Shown: positions 47,616 to 61,455 of the stretch, piece by piece
Layout: every line of letters begins with the position of its first letter
Numbering within the stretch: position 1 is the stretch's first letter
Assembly: GCF_009914755.1 (NCBI RefSeq)
Contig: NC_060940.1
Direction: 5' to 3' (one strand)
Length of the DNA: 64,000 bases
Source: the human T2T-CHM13v2.0 reference genome, Homo sapiens
Made by a program: the position numbers and the translations under genes
The notes under the pieces: model-generated
Database searches by the model: none
Seen by the model: only the letters and a program-made list of their open reading frames with translations
Told to the model about the DNA's origin: nothing

Positions 47616-48560
47616 TTAGCATTGCGGGAGAGCACTATTGATTAGAACAGGGCACAGTCAAGTCTCATAGGAACACTCTGGTAGACGCTCTTCATCTTCT
47701 AAAAGAAAGCGTCTCCTTGAGACCTTATCTCTACTAGAGCTTGTTTTGGATTCTGTTCATTGACGGACTGAGGTTTTTGCATTTTTTTCTCCCCTTAACC
47801 TTCCTTTACCTCCACTGTTATTACAGACATCATGAGGGTAATTCTTCTCAGTGGAAAAGAAATCTTCAGATTTGAACTTCCTCTTAAAATGAAGAAGAAA
47901 GGGTTTGCCCCGATGCCCGATTACAGATATTACCCTCCTATTTAATCTTCTTTTGCTGAGTCAAGGAGATCCGACATAAAGTGGCTTTTTATTGCTTGTT
48001 TTAAAAGGAAACTTGGTTGTGTCAGAAGAGGTCAACTCTTTTTATCCCTCCAAGGAATTATTATCTTTATGGCTCAAGCAGAAGGAATTGGAGCTGATCG
48101 AACTTAATTTGGAGGGGAGAGGCTTTTAAAATAACAAACAAAACAAAAAATTCTAACAATTTTGGGCCTAAGCCCTCTGAAATCCTTAGTGAAATAAGTC
48201 CATGATTTAGTTAAGTATATGTAATTCAAGGACAACTTAATTTGCAGAGAAAGTTTCCTAACTTTGGATGTTTGAAGCACTGTTGTTGTGGATCAGCCAT
48301 TTGGGTAATTTTGAGTAATTTTGAGTAATTTTAATGGCATTAGACTAGCTTCGATTAGATCCAAAGGGAGAGGCACAAATGAGGTCAGACTGGAATGTCT
48401 GACAGCAAGGAGACCTTTCTGAGAACACAGGATCTGCAAAGAGGTGCCTGGGCTTCAGGGGAACGAGGCAAGGGCTTCTGGTCCCAGCTACCCACATTGC
48501 TGGCCTGGGGTTCCTGGTGCCTTCAGGATTCTGGGTCACTGCAGCAGAGCAGCCTGCTGT

Positions 48561-49112
48561 TGTCAGAGGTGTTTGAACCAGAGCAACTCCATCTTGAATA
48601 GGGGCTGGGTAAAGTGAGGCTGAGACCTACTGGGCTGCATTTTCGGACGGTTAGGCATTCTAAGTCATAGGATGAGATGCGAAGTTGGCACAAAATACAG
48701 GTCATAAAGACCTTGCTGATTAAACAGGTTGCAGTAAAGAAGACGGCTAAAACCCACCAAAACCAAGATGGCTACTAGAGTGACCTCTGGGTGTCCTCTC
48801 TGCTACACTTCCACCAGTACCGTGGCAGTTTGTAAATGCCATGGCAACATCAGGAAGTTACTCTATATGGTCTGAAAAAGGGAGGCATGAATAATCCATT
48901 TCTTGTTTAGCATATAGTCAGGAAATAACCATAAAAATGGGCAACCAGCAGCTCTCGGGGCTGCTCTGTCTATGGAGTAGCGATTCTTTATTCCTTTACT
49001 TTCCTAATCAACTTGCTTTCATTTTACTCTACAGACTCGCCGTAAATTCTTTCTTGCTTGAGATCCGAGAACCTTCTCTTGGGGTCTGGATTGGAGCCCC
49101 TGTCTGGTAACA
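48561..49112 (+). mobile_element. MER41A (ERV1) solo LTR, full length
   Basis: tgtcagaggtgtttgaaccagagcaactccatcttgaatagg ... ggggtctggattggagcccctgtctggtaaca; TG...CA ends; perfect 4-bp TSD ctgt. Confidence 0.9.
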
Positions 49113-50504
49113 CTGTGATAGAAAGTGTTAGAGGGCAGAGGGCAGGTAGCCGTGGGTTCAAATTCCTTATCTCCCCACCTGCCCTGGGCAAGTGATCTGA
49201 CCTCTCTGAGCCCATTACTTCAGCTGAAAAGGGAGTGTTCGTACCATCTGCCTTGCAGATTAACTTGCGGCTGGGCAGTGAGGTGCGTAGTGCCTGGGAT
49301 AGGACTCAACACATAATAGGTGGGCGGATCCTGGGTGCAGATTTAGGCCTCATGAGTTTTAGGTACCTAGGGAATATCACGTCCTGGTCTGGAGTTTGTA
49401 TCAGAGGTCCAGACTAGAGATACAGATTTTGGAGTCATTGGCCTAAACATGAAACATGCAGGCCTGGGATTGCGCATGTGTGTTCCGGGGAGAGGCAGGG
49501 CGTGGGCAGGAGAGGAGGTGCCCATGTGGAAGGTGGAGAGAGAGCAGTTGGAGAAGAGGGAGACTGAGGCCTCCAGGGAGCAAAAACAGTGGGCTCTTGC
49601 ATATACATTATGAAAAATGTAGAGTCAGAATTTATCACTCACAGGAGAGAGACTTGTATTTATTATTACATTAACGAGGTTTTAAAGATGTGTATTGGTA
49701 TTCACTGATTCAAATTACGATGGCAATTTATCATTGGAGGCTTTACCCTGTGGGCTGTTCTTAACTCGGGTAATTTTTTTAAAGTGCATTGATCTCTCTC
49801 CCACTTCCGTGGTTTCCCTTGTGATGTATTATAGTTGCTGTGTATCCTTGGAAGGTGCTAGGGCCTGTAAAAGGCTGGTGAAGCAGTGCTCATGTTTTCT
49901 CTACTTGGTTAAAATAAAGAAGGAGTACGCCCACGTGTGCTGGTACGCCCATCTGGATGTGACCTTTTGTTCAGTTGAGCTGGTAATTGCAAGTCCGGAT
50001 CTTGACCTCAGCCTACTCATTCCTAACCCAAGTCCAGTTCCTCTCCATCTGTGGGGTGGTCCATGTGATCCTGGCATAGCTGCGCTATTCGTAGACCTGA
50101 ATTCTCTCCATATCACTTTGGGTGGGAGATGCTGCTCTCAGCTCCATTTTGTAGATGAGGAAATGAATGGCCAGAAAGGTTGCACTGCTTGTCTGATGGG
50201 TGAGTTTGTGCATTACATCAGGGGTTCCTGAAATTGCCCACTCGTCAGAATCACTGGAGAAGCTTTGGTTGCATTCGGGATTCCTGGGCCTCAGATGGTT
50301 AATGCCACCCACCCAGTGGTTGGTAAGATTTGGAAAGGACTACCTTCTCCACACCAGATCTTGGATATGTTGGTGGAAAAATAACAATAATGACTTCTTG
50401 ATTATTTAGATCAGGGGTTATCAAGCTCTTTTTGTAAAGGCCAGAAAAAATACTTGTAGCTTTGCAGGCTGTATGGTCTATTTCAGCTTCTTAACTCTGC
50501 TGTA

Positions 50505-50865
50505 CAGAAGCTCCTTGACTTATGATGGGGTTATGTCCCGGTAAGCCCATTGTGAGTTGAAAATATCGTAAGTTGAAAATGCATTTAATAGGCTTCATGT
50601 AGTGAACATCATAGCTCAGCCTAGTCTACCTTCAACCTGTTCAGAACACTTACATTCACCTATAGTTAGGCACAATCATCTAACACAAAGCCTATTCTAT
50701 AATAAAGTGTTGAACAGCTCATGTAAAGTATCATACTGCACATCACTAGCCTGGAAAAAACATCAAAATTTGAAGTGTGGTTTCTACTGAATGCTTATTG
50801 CTTTTGTACCATTATAAACTTGAAAAATTGCAAGACAATTACCAGCCTAAGTGAGGGACTGTCTG
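50505..50865. mobile_element. Tigger4/Zombi-type TcMar fossil nested in a MER58A (~50412-50938)
   Basis: cagaagctccttgacttatgatggggtt...gggactgtctg with TA on both sides; MER58-like flanks (tgtaaaggccag; ggccatagtttgccca). Confidence 0.8.
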
Positions 50866-51048
50866 TATTTCAAAAGCGGCCAAAACAAATGAATGTGGCT
50901 GAATTTGGCCCATGGGCCATAGTTTGCCCACCCCGATCTAGATAATTAGTATTATGTATGATGATCAGAGAAGTGATTGTACTTGCCACTCTCCAAGGGA
51001 AGTTTGGACTTTTATAAGAATATATCATAAGCAGGTATGGGCCAGTCA

Positions 51049-51349
<301 letters not shown>

Positions 51350-51376
51350 GTGAGCAAAGGACACAGCGACATTTCT

Positions 51377-51499
<123 letters not shown>

Positions 51500-52774
51500 G
51501 ATGAGAATTGCATTCAGTTGCTCATAAAAGACCCCTAAAACATTAGCTTGAACAAATTAGAGATGGGTATTTCTCGTTTGTTGAAGAAGCCTTGAGTAAC
51601 TGATCTGATTATAGGTTTGGTGATGTGACGTCAGCAATAATGGAATGACATTATTGCTCCTTAAGGTCATCAGAGACCCCGGGACTTCTGTAAACTTGAT
51701 AGGCATTCTGTTTCTCCATCTCACTCCATCGGAAACATCTATCCATTCGCTAATTGAAATGTCGTGGTTTTAGTCTCTAGTCCTTCCTCCTGTTCACAGA
51801 ATAATGTGAGACATTCTATGGTCGCCATACTAGAGTTTGAACACATAATGTCTGTGTTTGGGGTTGATGGGTGGCTTTCACGTAGGAACAGAATTTATCA
51901 CTCACATTAGAGATGCCTGTTTTCATGGTCATAGAGGTTTTAAAGATGTGTATTGACACTCATGGAGTGTAAATTACAACAGCCCTTTATCCTTGGGGAC
52001 TTTTCTCTCTGGGCTGTTCTTAACTCATGTAATTTTAAAAAGTGGATTGATGTCTCTCCTGCTTCTCTGTTTTTCCTTGTGATGAAGTTGCTACTTGCCC
52101 CTGGAAGGTGCTAAGGCCTGCAAAAAGCTGATGAAACAGCCCTTACATTCTGTATCCCCAGAGTATTCTCTAAGGAGTCATAACTTGATTAAAATAAAGA
52201 AATTCTATGTCCCAGTTATGCTTATCCCATCTGGACACGGCATTCGGTCTAGTGGGGCAGATCTCAGCTCTTGCCCCCTCCCTTCTTTCTGAAACTGAAT
52301 TCCACCTCATCTGTGTGGTGGTCGGTGTGGTCCCAGGCACCACCACATTGCCCTCCAAACCACCTTTGGAGCGAGGTGCTCCTCTCAGCTCTGTTTTACA
52401 GATGAGGAAACAAGTGTCCAGAAAGGTTGACTAGCCTCTCACCAGCACGCTGTTAGTGCTGCAATACACACATGACAGCAACATGAAACATGCATCTCTG
52501 CTATTAATTGGGCTGTGGATCTCTGTTGATGTTGGGAAAATAGCATACAGTATGTTCTTCCCATAACTTGCCTGATTTAGTCATTCTTGCCTGTACCCAT
52601 CTGTTCAGCTAGCACTAATAAATCCCTGCTCTATGCCAGGAACTGGGCATCCAGTGGTGTGTGACACAGATGTGACTCTTGCTGCAGTTGGTTTTCATGG
52701 GGAAAGCATAGCCGAAATCCTACTCCTTTATAATAAGGGTTTAAGAGGAATTCACATTTTCTCTTTCTTGACAG

Positions 52775-52915
52775 GTCTACATCCGGATAAAAGACGATGA
52801 ATGGAATATTTATCGCCGGTATACAGAGTTCAGGAGTTTGCACCACAAGTTACAAAACAAGTACCCTCAAGTGAGGGCCTACAACTTCCCACCCAAAAAG
52901 GCCATTGGAAACAAG
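52775..52915 (+). CDS. SNX29: Internal coding exon of sorting nexin 29 (PX domain core), 141 nt / 47 codons, phase 0-0
   Basis: Polypyrimidine tract + AG (ttttctctttcttgacag) ends at 52774; donor AAG|gtacca starts at 52916. Open frame VYIRIKDDEWNIYRRYTEFRSLHHKLQNKYPQVRAYNFPPKKAIGNK has the PX hallmarks RRY and FPPKK and matches my recollection of SNX29. Confidence 0.95.
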
Positions 52916-53132
52916 GTACCATCCCGTGCTGGGAAGCCCACTTGTCACTGCCTGCGTTAAAATGGATTATTTATTCTTCTTCTTTAGTCCGTTGCTTAAA
53001 AACACATGCTCCTTAAAGAAAAGTTGGTGGAGATAAGAAAAAAATAGAGAAAAGAAATAGCCATTCATAATTCCACCACCTAAAGATGGTCACCATTACG
53101 TCATGTGTGTGTGTATGTCCTCTTATTTCTCT

Positions 53133-53362
53133 AGGGCAAGAAGTTGGAAAACTTTTTCTTTAAAGGGCCAGAGAGTAAATATGTTTGGCTTTGGGGACTT
53201 TACCATTTCAGTGGCAAATACTCACCTCTGCTGGGGTCCTGTGTAAGCAACCGTAGACAGTACAGACACAAATGAGTATGGCTATGTGCCAATAGCATTT
53301 TATTTTTAAGAATAGACAGCAGCTGGATTTGGCCTATAGGTTAGTTTGCCAACCCCTGTTCT
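53133..53362. mobile_element. MER58A hAT fossil
   Basis: taaagggccagagagtaaatatg...gatttggcctataggttagtttgccaacccctg. Confidence 0.8.
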
Positions 53363-54094
53363 GGACCAAAAAATGCTTTTCTAGTTTTCATCCGTAGTTG
53401 TCATGATGTTCACTTCAACTTGTGACTGTGGAGTAGAACTTTCTCAGAGGAGTTTGTTGTTGTTGTTGTTATATGGTTATTCACCTCATGAAGGTTAATG
53501 ATTTATGATGACCCAATTTGTCGCTGTTTATTCATCCCGGTTCCCTTGAGGAAGGAGGTGCTAGCCCTCTGCAAGCTCATTGGTTGATTAATATTATTCA
53601 CTCAGCAGTCATTAATTGGGCTCCAATTGTGTGTCATTGTGTAAGGGGCTGGGTTCAGCCCTGGAGAAGACAGACCTGGGTCTAGACCGGGCTTGGAGCC
53701 CTGTCAAATGGTCAGCTTCAGCCAGGCGGCATCATGATGTCACTCCTCATGTTTGTTTAGGAAGCAGTTCTCTGTCATGGCCGTGCTTTGGATCCCCTGG
53801 GGAGCTTTGAAAACCACTGAGGACTGCCTGTGCCCTACCTCCATCCCCATTCTGATTGAATCGATCTGAAGGGAGGCCTGGGCATGGAGGGGATGAATAG
53901 TTCTCTAAGTGATTGCACTCTGCGACCAAACTGGAGAATCTTTGGCTTAGAGTCAAGAAGGAGACAGGGGCACTTCATCAATTTCGGTATGTGTTCAATA
54001 GCTTGGCAGGGACAGTCTGATTGGAAGGTAGAGCCATGACCTTTCTCAGGATGTGTAAGACATCGGGCATTGTATTGAGCATGATCTCTCTGCC

Positions 54095-54275
54095 ATGGTT
54101 GTTCTCAAAGTGTGACCCCAGCTAGCAGCAGCAGGAGCCCTTGGGAGCTGGTTAGAAATGCACATTCTTGGGCTCACCGTAGACATGCTGATTCACACGC
54201 TCTGGGGCTGAGACCCAGCAGTCTGGGTTTAACAAGCCCTCTAGGTGATGCTGTTCATGAGGAAGTATGAGGACT
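54095..54275. mobile_element. MER5A-like hAT fossil
   Basis: gttctcaaagtgtg...gttagaaatgcacattcttgggc...ttaacaagccctctaggtgat. Confidence 0.75.
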
Positions 54276-55188
54276 GCCGTTCTATCTTTTGACAAAGCCA
54301 TGTGGCAGATGCCATATGGGGCGAATCCCTAGTTTCTGTCTTCAGGAGGTACCGTGCTAGCATTTCCTTGACCTTTATCACAGAAACACAGAGCAAGAGT
54401 TTCCATAACCCACTCCTGGCACTTGGGAATTTCATAGGGAAATCTATTCCCAACCCTTACATTTACATGTGTGTAGATTTCTATGTATAAAACAGATTGA
54501 AACCTGATCACGCCAAGGTCTGCTCGATTTGAACATAAACAGTTACAAAGCAGGTTTATCCCAGGCCCAGAATACATTTGTCCTTCATTTTTCTGTTGAG
54601 GAAAAGTAGAGCTGAACCACTACACGTGGCAGACAGAAACTCTATACTTGTTCATAGCAAAGAGTACAAGAATTCTTTTGAAAAGAGGGGAAAATTATAT
54701 ATTGATTTAATCTAATGACCCATAGGCTCATACAAATCTTGGGAGTTATTCAGAATGTCCTAAAATGTCACAAAACAACATGCTGCTAACCAGCGTATTA
54801 TCAAATTATAAGACATTCTTATGTGCAAGAAACACAATCCTGGAGTGGCCCTTCCGTGACAGCTTCTTCACGGAATCTGCCTGTGTCTTGTGCTAAGGGA
54901 AAGCCATTGTAGCACAAGGTGGAAATGAGGGGATTTGGAAGGGGAAAACTCTTAGGTTGTGGCTTAACATTGTCCTGACTTAACATTGTCTGGGGTGAGT
55001 CGTGACTTAACATTATCCAGGGGTGCCTGGGAACTGCAGCTTTAAGCAAAATGACATATTGTGTTATGAAATGAACTTTACCATGGACAAATGGATACAA
55101 ACAAGAGTTCAGTTCCTAGGGCATACAGTACTGTATTTAGCTTAAAGTCTTAGTTAGAACCTGTCAACAACATTAAGTCAACACTTGC

Positions 55189-55672
55189 TGTGTTAGTTTC
55201 CTCTTACTGCTGTCACAAATCCCCACAAATGCAGGGACTAAAACAAATTCATTATCTTACAATTCGAGAGGTCAGAAGTCCAAAATGAGCGTCACAGAGC
55301 TAAAATCAAGACGTCACCCAGGCCTCTTCCTTCTGGAGCCCCAGGAGAGAGTTTGCTCCTTGCTTTTTCAGCTTCTCAAGGCCACCCTCATTTTTGCCTT
55401 ATGGCCTTCTGTCTTCAGAGACATCACTCAGCCCTCTGCTTCCATCATCATAGTCACATTTTTCTCTGGTTCTGACCCTCTTCCTCTTAGAATTCCCCTT
55501 AGATTCCCTGTGATCACACTGGGCTCACCCAGATCATCCAAATTAATCCCCCGACCCCACCCTTTGTCTCAAGATCCCTAACTTAACCACATCTGCTGAG
55601 TCCCTTTGGTCATGTGAGGTTCTGGGGATTTGGGTGTGGACATCTGTGGGGGCCATTATTGCGCCCACCACA
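55189..55672 (-). mobile_element. MLT1 (MaLR) LTR
   Basis: tgtgttagtttcct...gaggtcagaagtccaaaat...ggacatctgtgggggccattattgcgcccaccaca. Confidence 0.8.
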
Positions 55673-55920
55673 TGTTAGACATTGCTCCATGCTTTCTCTG
55701 CAGCCTCAAACAACTCCCTTCCCACCTCCTGCCTCCTCAAGCCCCCCAGTTACACAAAACTTAAGACAAAATAAATCTCATCAGTCCTGAAAACACTGGA
55801 TTTGAGTTTAGTGAGATGAGGCTGAGCTCTGAGGAGTGGGAGGGTTTTTCTGGTGTTGCATCCTGTAGAAAGAGGGCATGAAGCTGTCCTGGGTCTCTGC
55901 TGTGCAGGAGCTGGGAACTG

Positions 55921-56020
55921 TTTTGTTGTTGTTGTTTGTTTGGTTTTTTGGAGGCAAAGTCTTACTCTGTTCCCAGGCTGGAGTGCAGTGACGCTGTGTC
56001 AACTCACTACAACCTGTGCT
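55921..56020 (-). mobile_element. Truncated Alu right-arm fragment
   Basis: gtcttactctgttcccaggctggagtgcagtg...ctcactacaacct. Confidence 0.7.
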
Positions 56021-56433
56021 TCTGGAGGAGAGAACTGAGTCTGCTTCATGCTCTCCACCCTCATCCCCAGGCTAGAGAGACAATCTGTCCCTGCTCATCC
56101 CGAGGCTGATTCCTCACAGCAGCAAACCTTTCTCCTATGAAGCCTGTGTCAGCCAAGCAATGTGCTTTTATCCCCCCAACATAACCCTATTTGCAAATAG
56201 ACAAGCTTGAGAATAAAAGACACCATCTTAGTGGGCCTGGCCCAGTAATGATCAGCTGGTACAAGTGCACCAGCTGGTTCTTAACCAGATTTGTGGTCCT
56301 GCTCCCACTGGTGGGGGTGGATCTGACCACCCAGTTCGTGAGCAGTCTTGGGGCCACAGCTCCATTTCTCGCCTGTGCAGCTTTTAACTTTTAATTAACT
56401 TTTAATAAGCTGGTTGAACTGTGATTGTCTTTT

Positions 56434-56437
56434 ATAC

Positions 56438-56470
<33 letters not shown>

Positions 56471-56878
56471 TATACATACACACATATACACATATATACA
56501 CACACATATATACATATATATATATATACACATATATACACATATGTACATATACATATAGACACACACACACACACACACACACACACCCCAAATGTCA
56601 CCCTGTCGCCCAGGGTGGAGTGCAGTGGCACAATTTCACCTCACAGCAACCTCCGTCTCCTGGGTTCAAGTGATTATCCTGCCTCAGCCTCCCGAGTAGC
56701 TGGGACTATAGGCACCCACCACCACACTCAGCTAATTTTTGTATTTTTAGTAAAGGCAGGGTTTTGCCATGTTGGCCAGGCTGTTCTCAAACTCCTGATC
56801 TCAAGTGATCCTCCCACCTCGGCCTCACAAAGTGCTGGGATTACAGGTGTGAGTAACAGGAGGGGCCATACCCGGCCC
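56434..56878 (-). mobile_element. Alu whose tail is a (TA/CA) compound microsatellite (56434-56589)
   Basis: TSD tgattgtc(t/c)tt flanks the microsatellite + Alu. Confidence 0.92.
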
Positions 56879-57289
56879 CATGATTGTCCTTTGATTCCTT
56901 CTTTCTTTTTCTGTGCATTTGGCTAAGACATACCCACTTCCCTGAAATCCACCTTGGCTGCTGCTGAGGACACATCTTAGTGATTCTTCCCATTTCCAAA
57001 GGAGGATTGAGTCAAGATTCAGAACCTTCAACACCCAACAGGGGCCACTGGTGAATTCATTTCAAGGCCAAGCTTATGCTGGCCTCACTGGGCCTAATAA
57101 CTCAGGACACCTGCTTTAATATCCCAAGAGCAAAATTTTTGGAGTGTGTTGATTCTACATTGGCCCAGAAAAATCCGCCACGTCAGAATCTTTTCTTTGA
57201 TTGGGTTACTTCAAGGATAACTCACTTGTCCGCCTGGACCATTGTGGCACACGTCTAGACAAGACGTGTTTGGGTTGATTTAATTAATT

Positions 57290-57636
57290 TCTTTCTCCTT
57301 TTCCTTTTTCTTTTTCCTTTTTCCTTTTCCTTTTCCTTTTCCCTTCCTTTCCTTTCACAGAGTCCTGCTGTGTCACCCAGACTAGAGTTCTGTGATGCAA
57401 TTGTAGCTCACCGCAGCCTCAAACTCCTGGGTTCAAGTGACCCTCTTGCTTCAGCCTCCCAAGTAGCTGGGACCACAGGCATGCAGCACCATGCCTGTCT
57501 GATATTTCAGTTTTTTGCAGAGACAGGGTTTCACCATGTTCGCCAGGCTGGTCTCAAACTCCTGGGCTCAAGAACTACTCCCACCTCAGCCACCCAAAGT
57601 GCTGGGATTACAGGCATGAGCCACTGCTCCTGGCCA
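57290..57636 (-). mobile_element. AluJ with (TTTCC)n tail
   Basis: Pyrimidine pentamer tail, then antisense AluJ. Confidence 0.9.
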
Positions 57637-58148
57637 GGGTTGATTGAATTTTGCATGCCTTGTTACTCTTAAGCCTTGAACCCATTAAATGACTCACTGC
57701 AGAATCCATAGACCTAGACATTATTCAAGGAAATAGCAAGCGTAGTTTAGCCTTTCTCATTTGTCAGATGAGTATCCTTCTAGCCTGAATGTCTATATAT
57801 TTCCCCTACAATGCCATCATTGGTGATTGTCTGACAGTTTTATAGTTGAAAGTGATCTTAATCCCAATTTGAATCTTTTTTAATTGACAAAATTAGCATG
57901 TTGTATAGTGTGTGGACCCAGCATTTGTCTTTACCAAAGAATCTGTTGCTTTAATATGCCATGCATGTGTGTAATTATATATTCACAGGATACCCAGAGC
58001 TCTCCCTGGAGGTGTCCATGCCTTCACATACTGTATCAAGTTCAAATCATGTTGAAATAGTTGGCCTGAATATCAGTTCACCATTCGATGAAGTTTATTC
58101 TTTCATAGCTGAGTCAAGCCACAATAGATACATATTGAAGTTATTAAG

Positions 58149-58654
<506 letters not shown>

Positions 58655-58679
58655 CATTAACTTTTATATATCACAGGTG

Positions 58680-59000
58680 TGGGGTTTGTTTAGGCCAAGG
58701 TAACAATTCCAAGATCTTGGTGACTTAAGCCAACAAGGGTATATCTTTGGCTCATGTTCTCTGTCCATCGTGGGTTGGCTCTGGGCTCTGCTCATCACAG
58801 TGCTGGGTTCCAGGCTGCTGGAGGCTCCATCTGCATGCATGTGGCAACAAGAACAAGGAGTAGGGGCAAGTCAGGTGGTGGCTTCTAAAGCTGCTGCCTG
58901 GAAGTGATACATGGAAATTCCACTTGTATTTCATTGGCCAGAGCAAGTTCCTTGGCCATGCCTAATGCCCAGGGAGCAAAGGAGTCACTCCAGATGTTAG
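58680..59000. mobile_element. Old MLT1-type LTR fragment
   Basis: ggtaacaattcc...gggctctgctcatcacag...tcattggccagagcaagt. Confidence 0.6.
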
Positions 59001-59171
59001 TGACCAGCTCTAATGACGCAAGCTGGGATGACGTTTCTGTTGAATGACATTGTTCAGCGGGACTGAGATAGTAAGAGCACAGCTTCACCCATCCAAAACT
59101 ATACATGCCTGTCCCATGGACTCCACTTTCAAAGGAGTCGCAGTTCACCTGCTTCCTGCATCCCTGCTTAA

Positions 59172-60050
<879 letters not shown>

Positions 60051-60999
60051 AACAGAAATTCAGTGGAAGAGTTTCCCTTTTATTTTCTTCTTCGCTTTGC
60101 TGGGTGTTGGCACACATTCAAAAAATCTCAATTCCAAAAGTGAGTACATAAACTTTCAAGGTGACTCGGGAGGTTGTTCTCACCCGACTTTTGGCTGAAT
60201 ATTTTTTGCAGAGTGGGCATGAGGCCAAGCAGGCTTTTGGAGACCGGAAAGGTGGCTTTCTAATGGTCTGAGGGAGTTGACCGGTGAGCTGCCTGTCCAA
60301 ATGGGCTTTAGCAGCATGAGGGCTTAGGTAAAGGACTCGTTTTTGATGATGTTACTAAAGTCTGCATTATGGCTCAGGGAGCGAATGAGAATAGAGAGAC
60401 TGTCATTCCTTCTTAGGATAATAGATTCCGTCTCCAAAAGTTCATTTGGCATTAAGGCAAGGCAAATCACTTTCCCTGGAGCCACAGATAATTCAACTTG
60501 TTGGAGAAATTATGCATTAAAATCCTCATTAAAAACACATACACCCGTGTGTGGTAGAGGAACCGACTGGTACTCGCCGAGCCGTGGGAAGCCCCTTTGC
60601 AACTTCTTGGGAGGTGCCATTGGAAACACAGCCCTCGAGACGGCAGGGTCAGTGGAGAGGTGGGAGCGAGTGGACCTCATGCAGGAACCAGAGGCAAATG
60701 TGTACCGAGTGCAGGGCTGTTGTGCTGGGTGCAGGGGCATTGAAGGCGAATTAAGGTTCGGTCTCTGTCCTTAAGAAGCTGGCAGTCTTGTAGGGAGGAT
60801 GACATGTAAATGAGTCCTCAGGAGCTATATGAGCTGCAGGGAACCTGGTGCAATCTGCAGATAGAGGAGAGAGAAGCAGAGAAGGCTTCTTGCAGGAGGC
60901 GAAATGCTTGAGGGGCCACAGGGCTCCCAGCCAGAAATCTAGGAGAGGGAGTAGGTGGGCCAGCAGAATCAATGCAAGGCATCCTTTCTGTACATCCCG

Positions 61000-61455
61000 G
61001 ATCAGTTTCCTGTGGCTTACAACAACACACATTTATTCTAGTACAGTTCAGGAGGCCAGACATTCCATATGAGCCTCATTAGGTTAAAATGAAGGCGTCA
61101 GCGAGGCTGCATTTCTTTCTAGAGACTCCAGGGGATAATCCTTCTCCTTGCCTTTTCCAGCTTAGAGGCTGCTTGCATTTCTTGGCTCGTGGCCCCTTCC
61201 TCTGTCTTCCGTGTTGCCTCTCTCCCACCATTCTTCTGTTCTCAGATCTTCCCCCGATCACAGCAGGGAAGAGTTCTCCACTTTGCAGTAATGTGATTAG
61301 ATTGGGCCCACCCAGATTATCCAGGGTAATGTCCCTGTGTCAGGGCCCTTAATTTCACCTCCTCTGCAGTGGCCCCTGTACAGTAGCATATTCACAGGTT
61401 CTGGGGATTGAGGCATAGACACTTTGGGAGAGGGTGGGCCTCATCCTGGCTACGG
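61000..61455 (-). mobile_element. MLT1 (MaLR) LTR
   Basis: atttattctagtacagttcaggaggccag...ccttgccttttccagc...attgggcccacccagat...tcacaggttctggggatt. Confidence 0.8.

Noticed and set aside
52801-53016. 71-aa ORF overlapping the exon
   Set aside because: Wrong frame relative to the PX reading frame, and it runs through the splice donor.
54961-55025. cttaacatt(g/a)tc repeated three times
   Set aside because: Short degenerate slippage repeat with no further structure.
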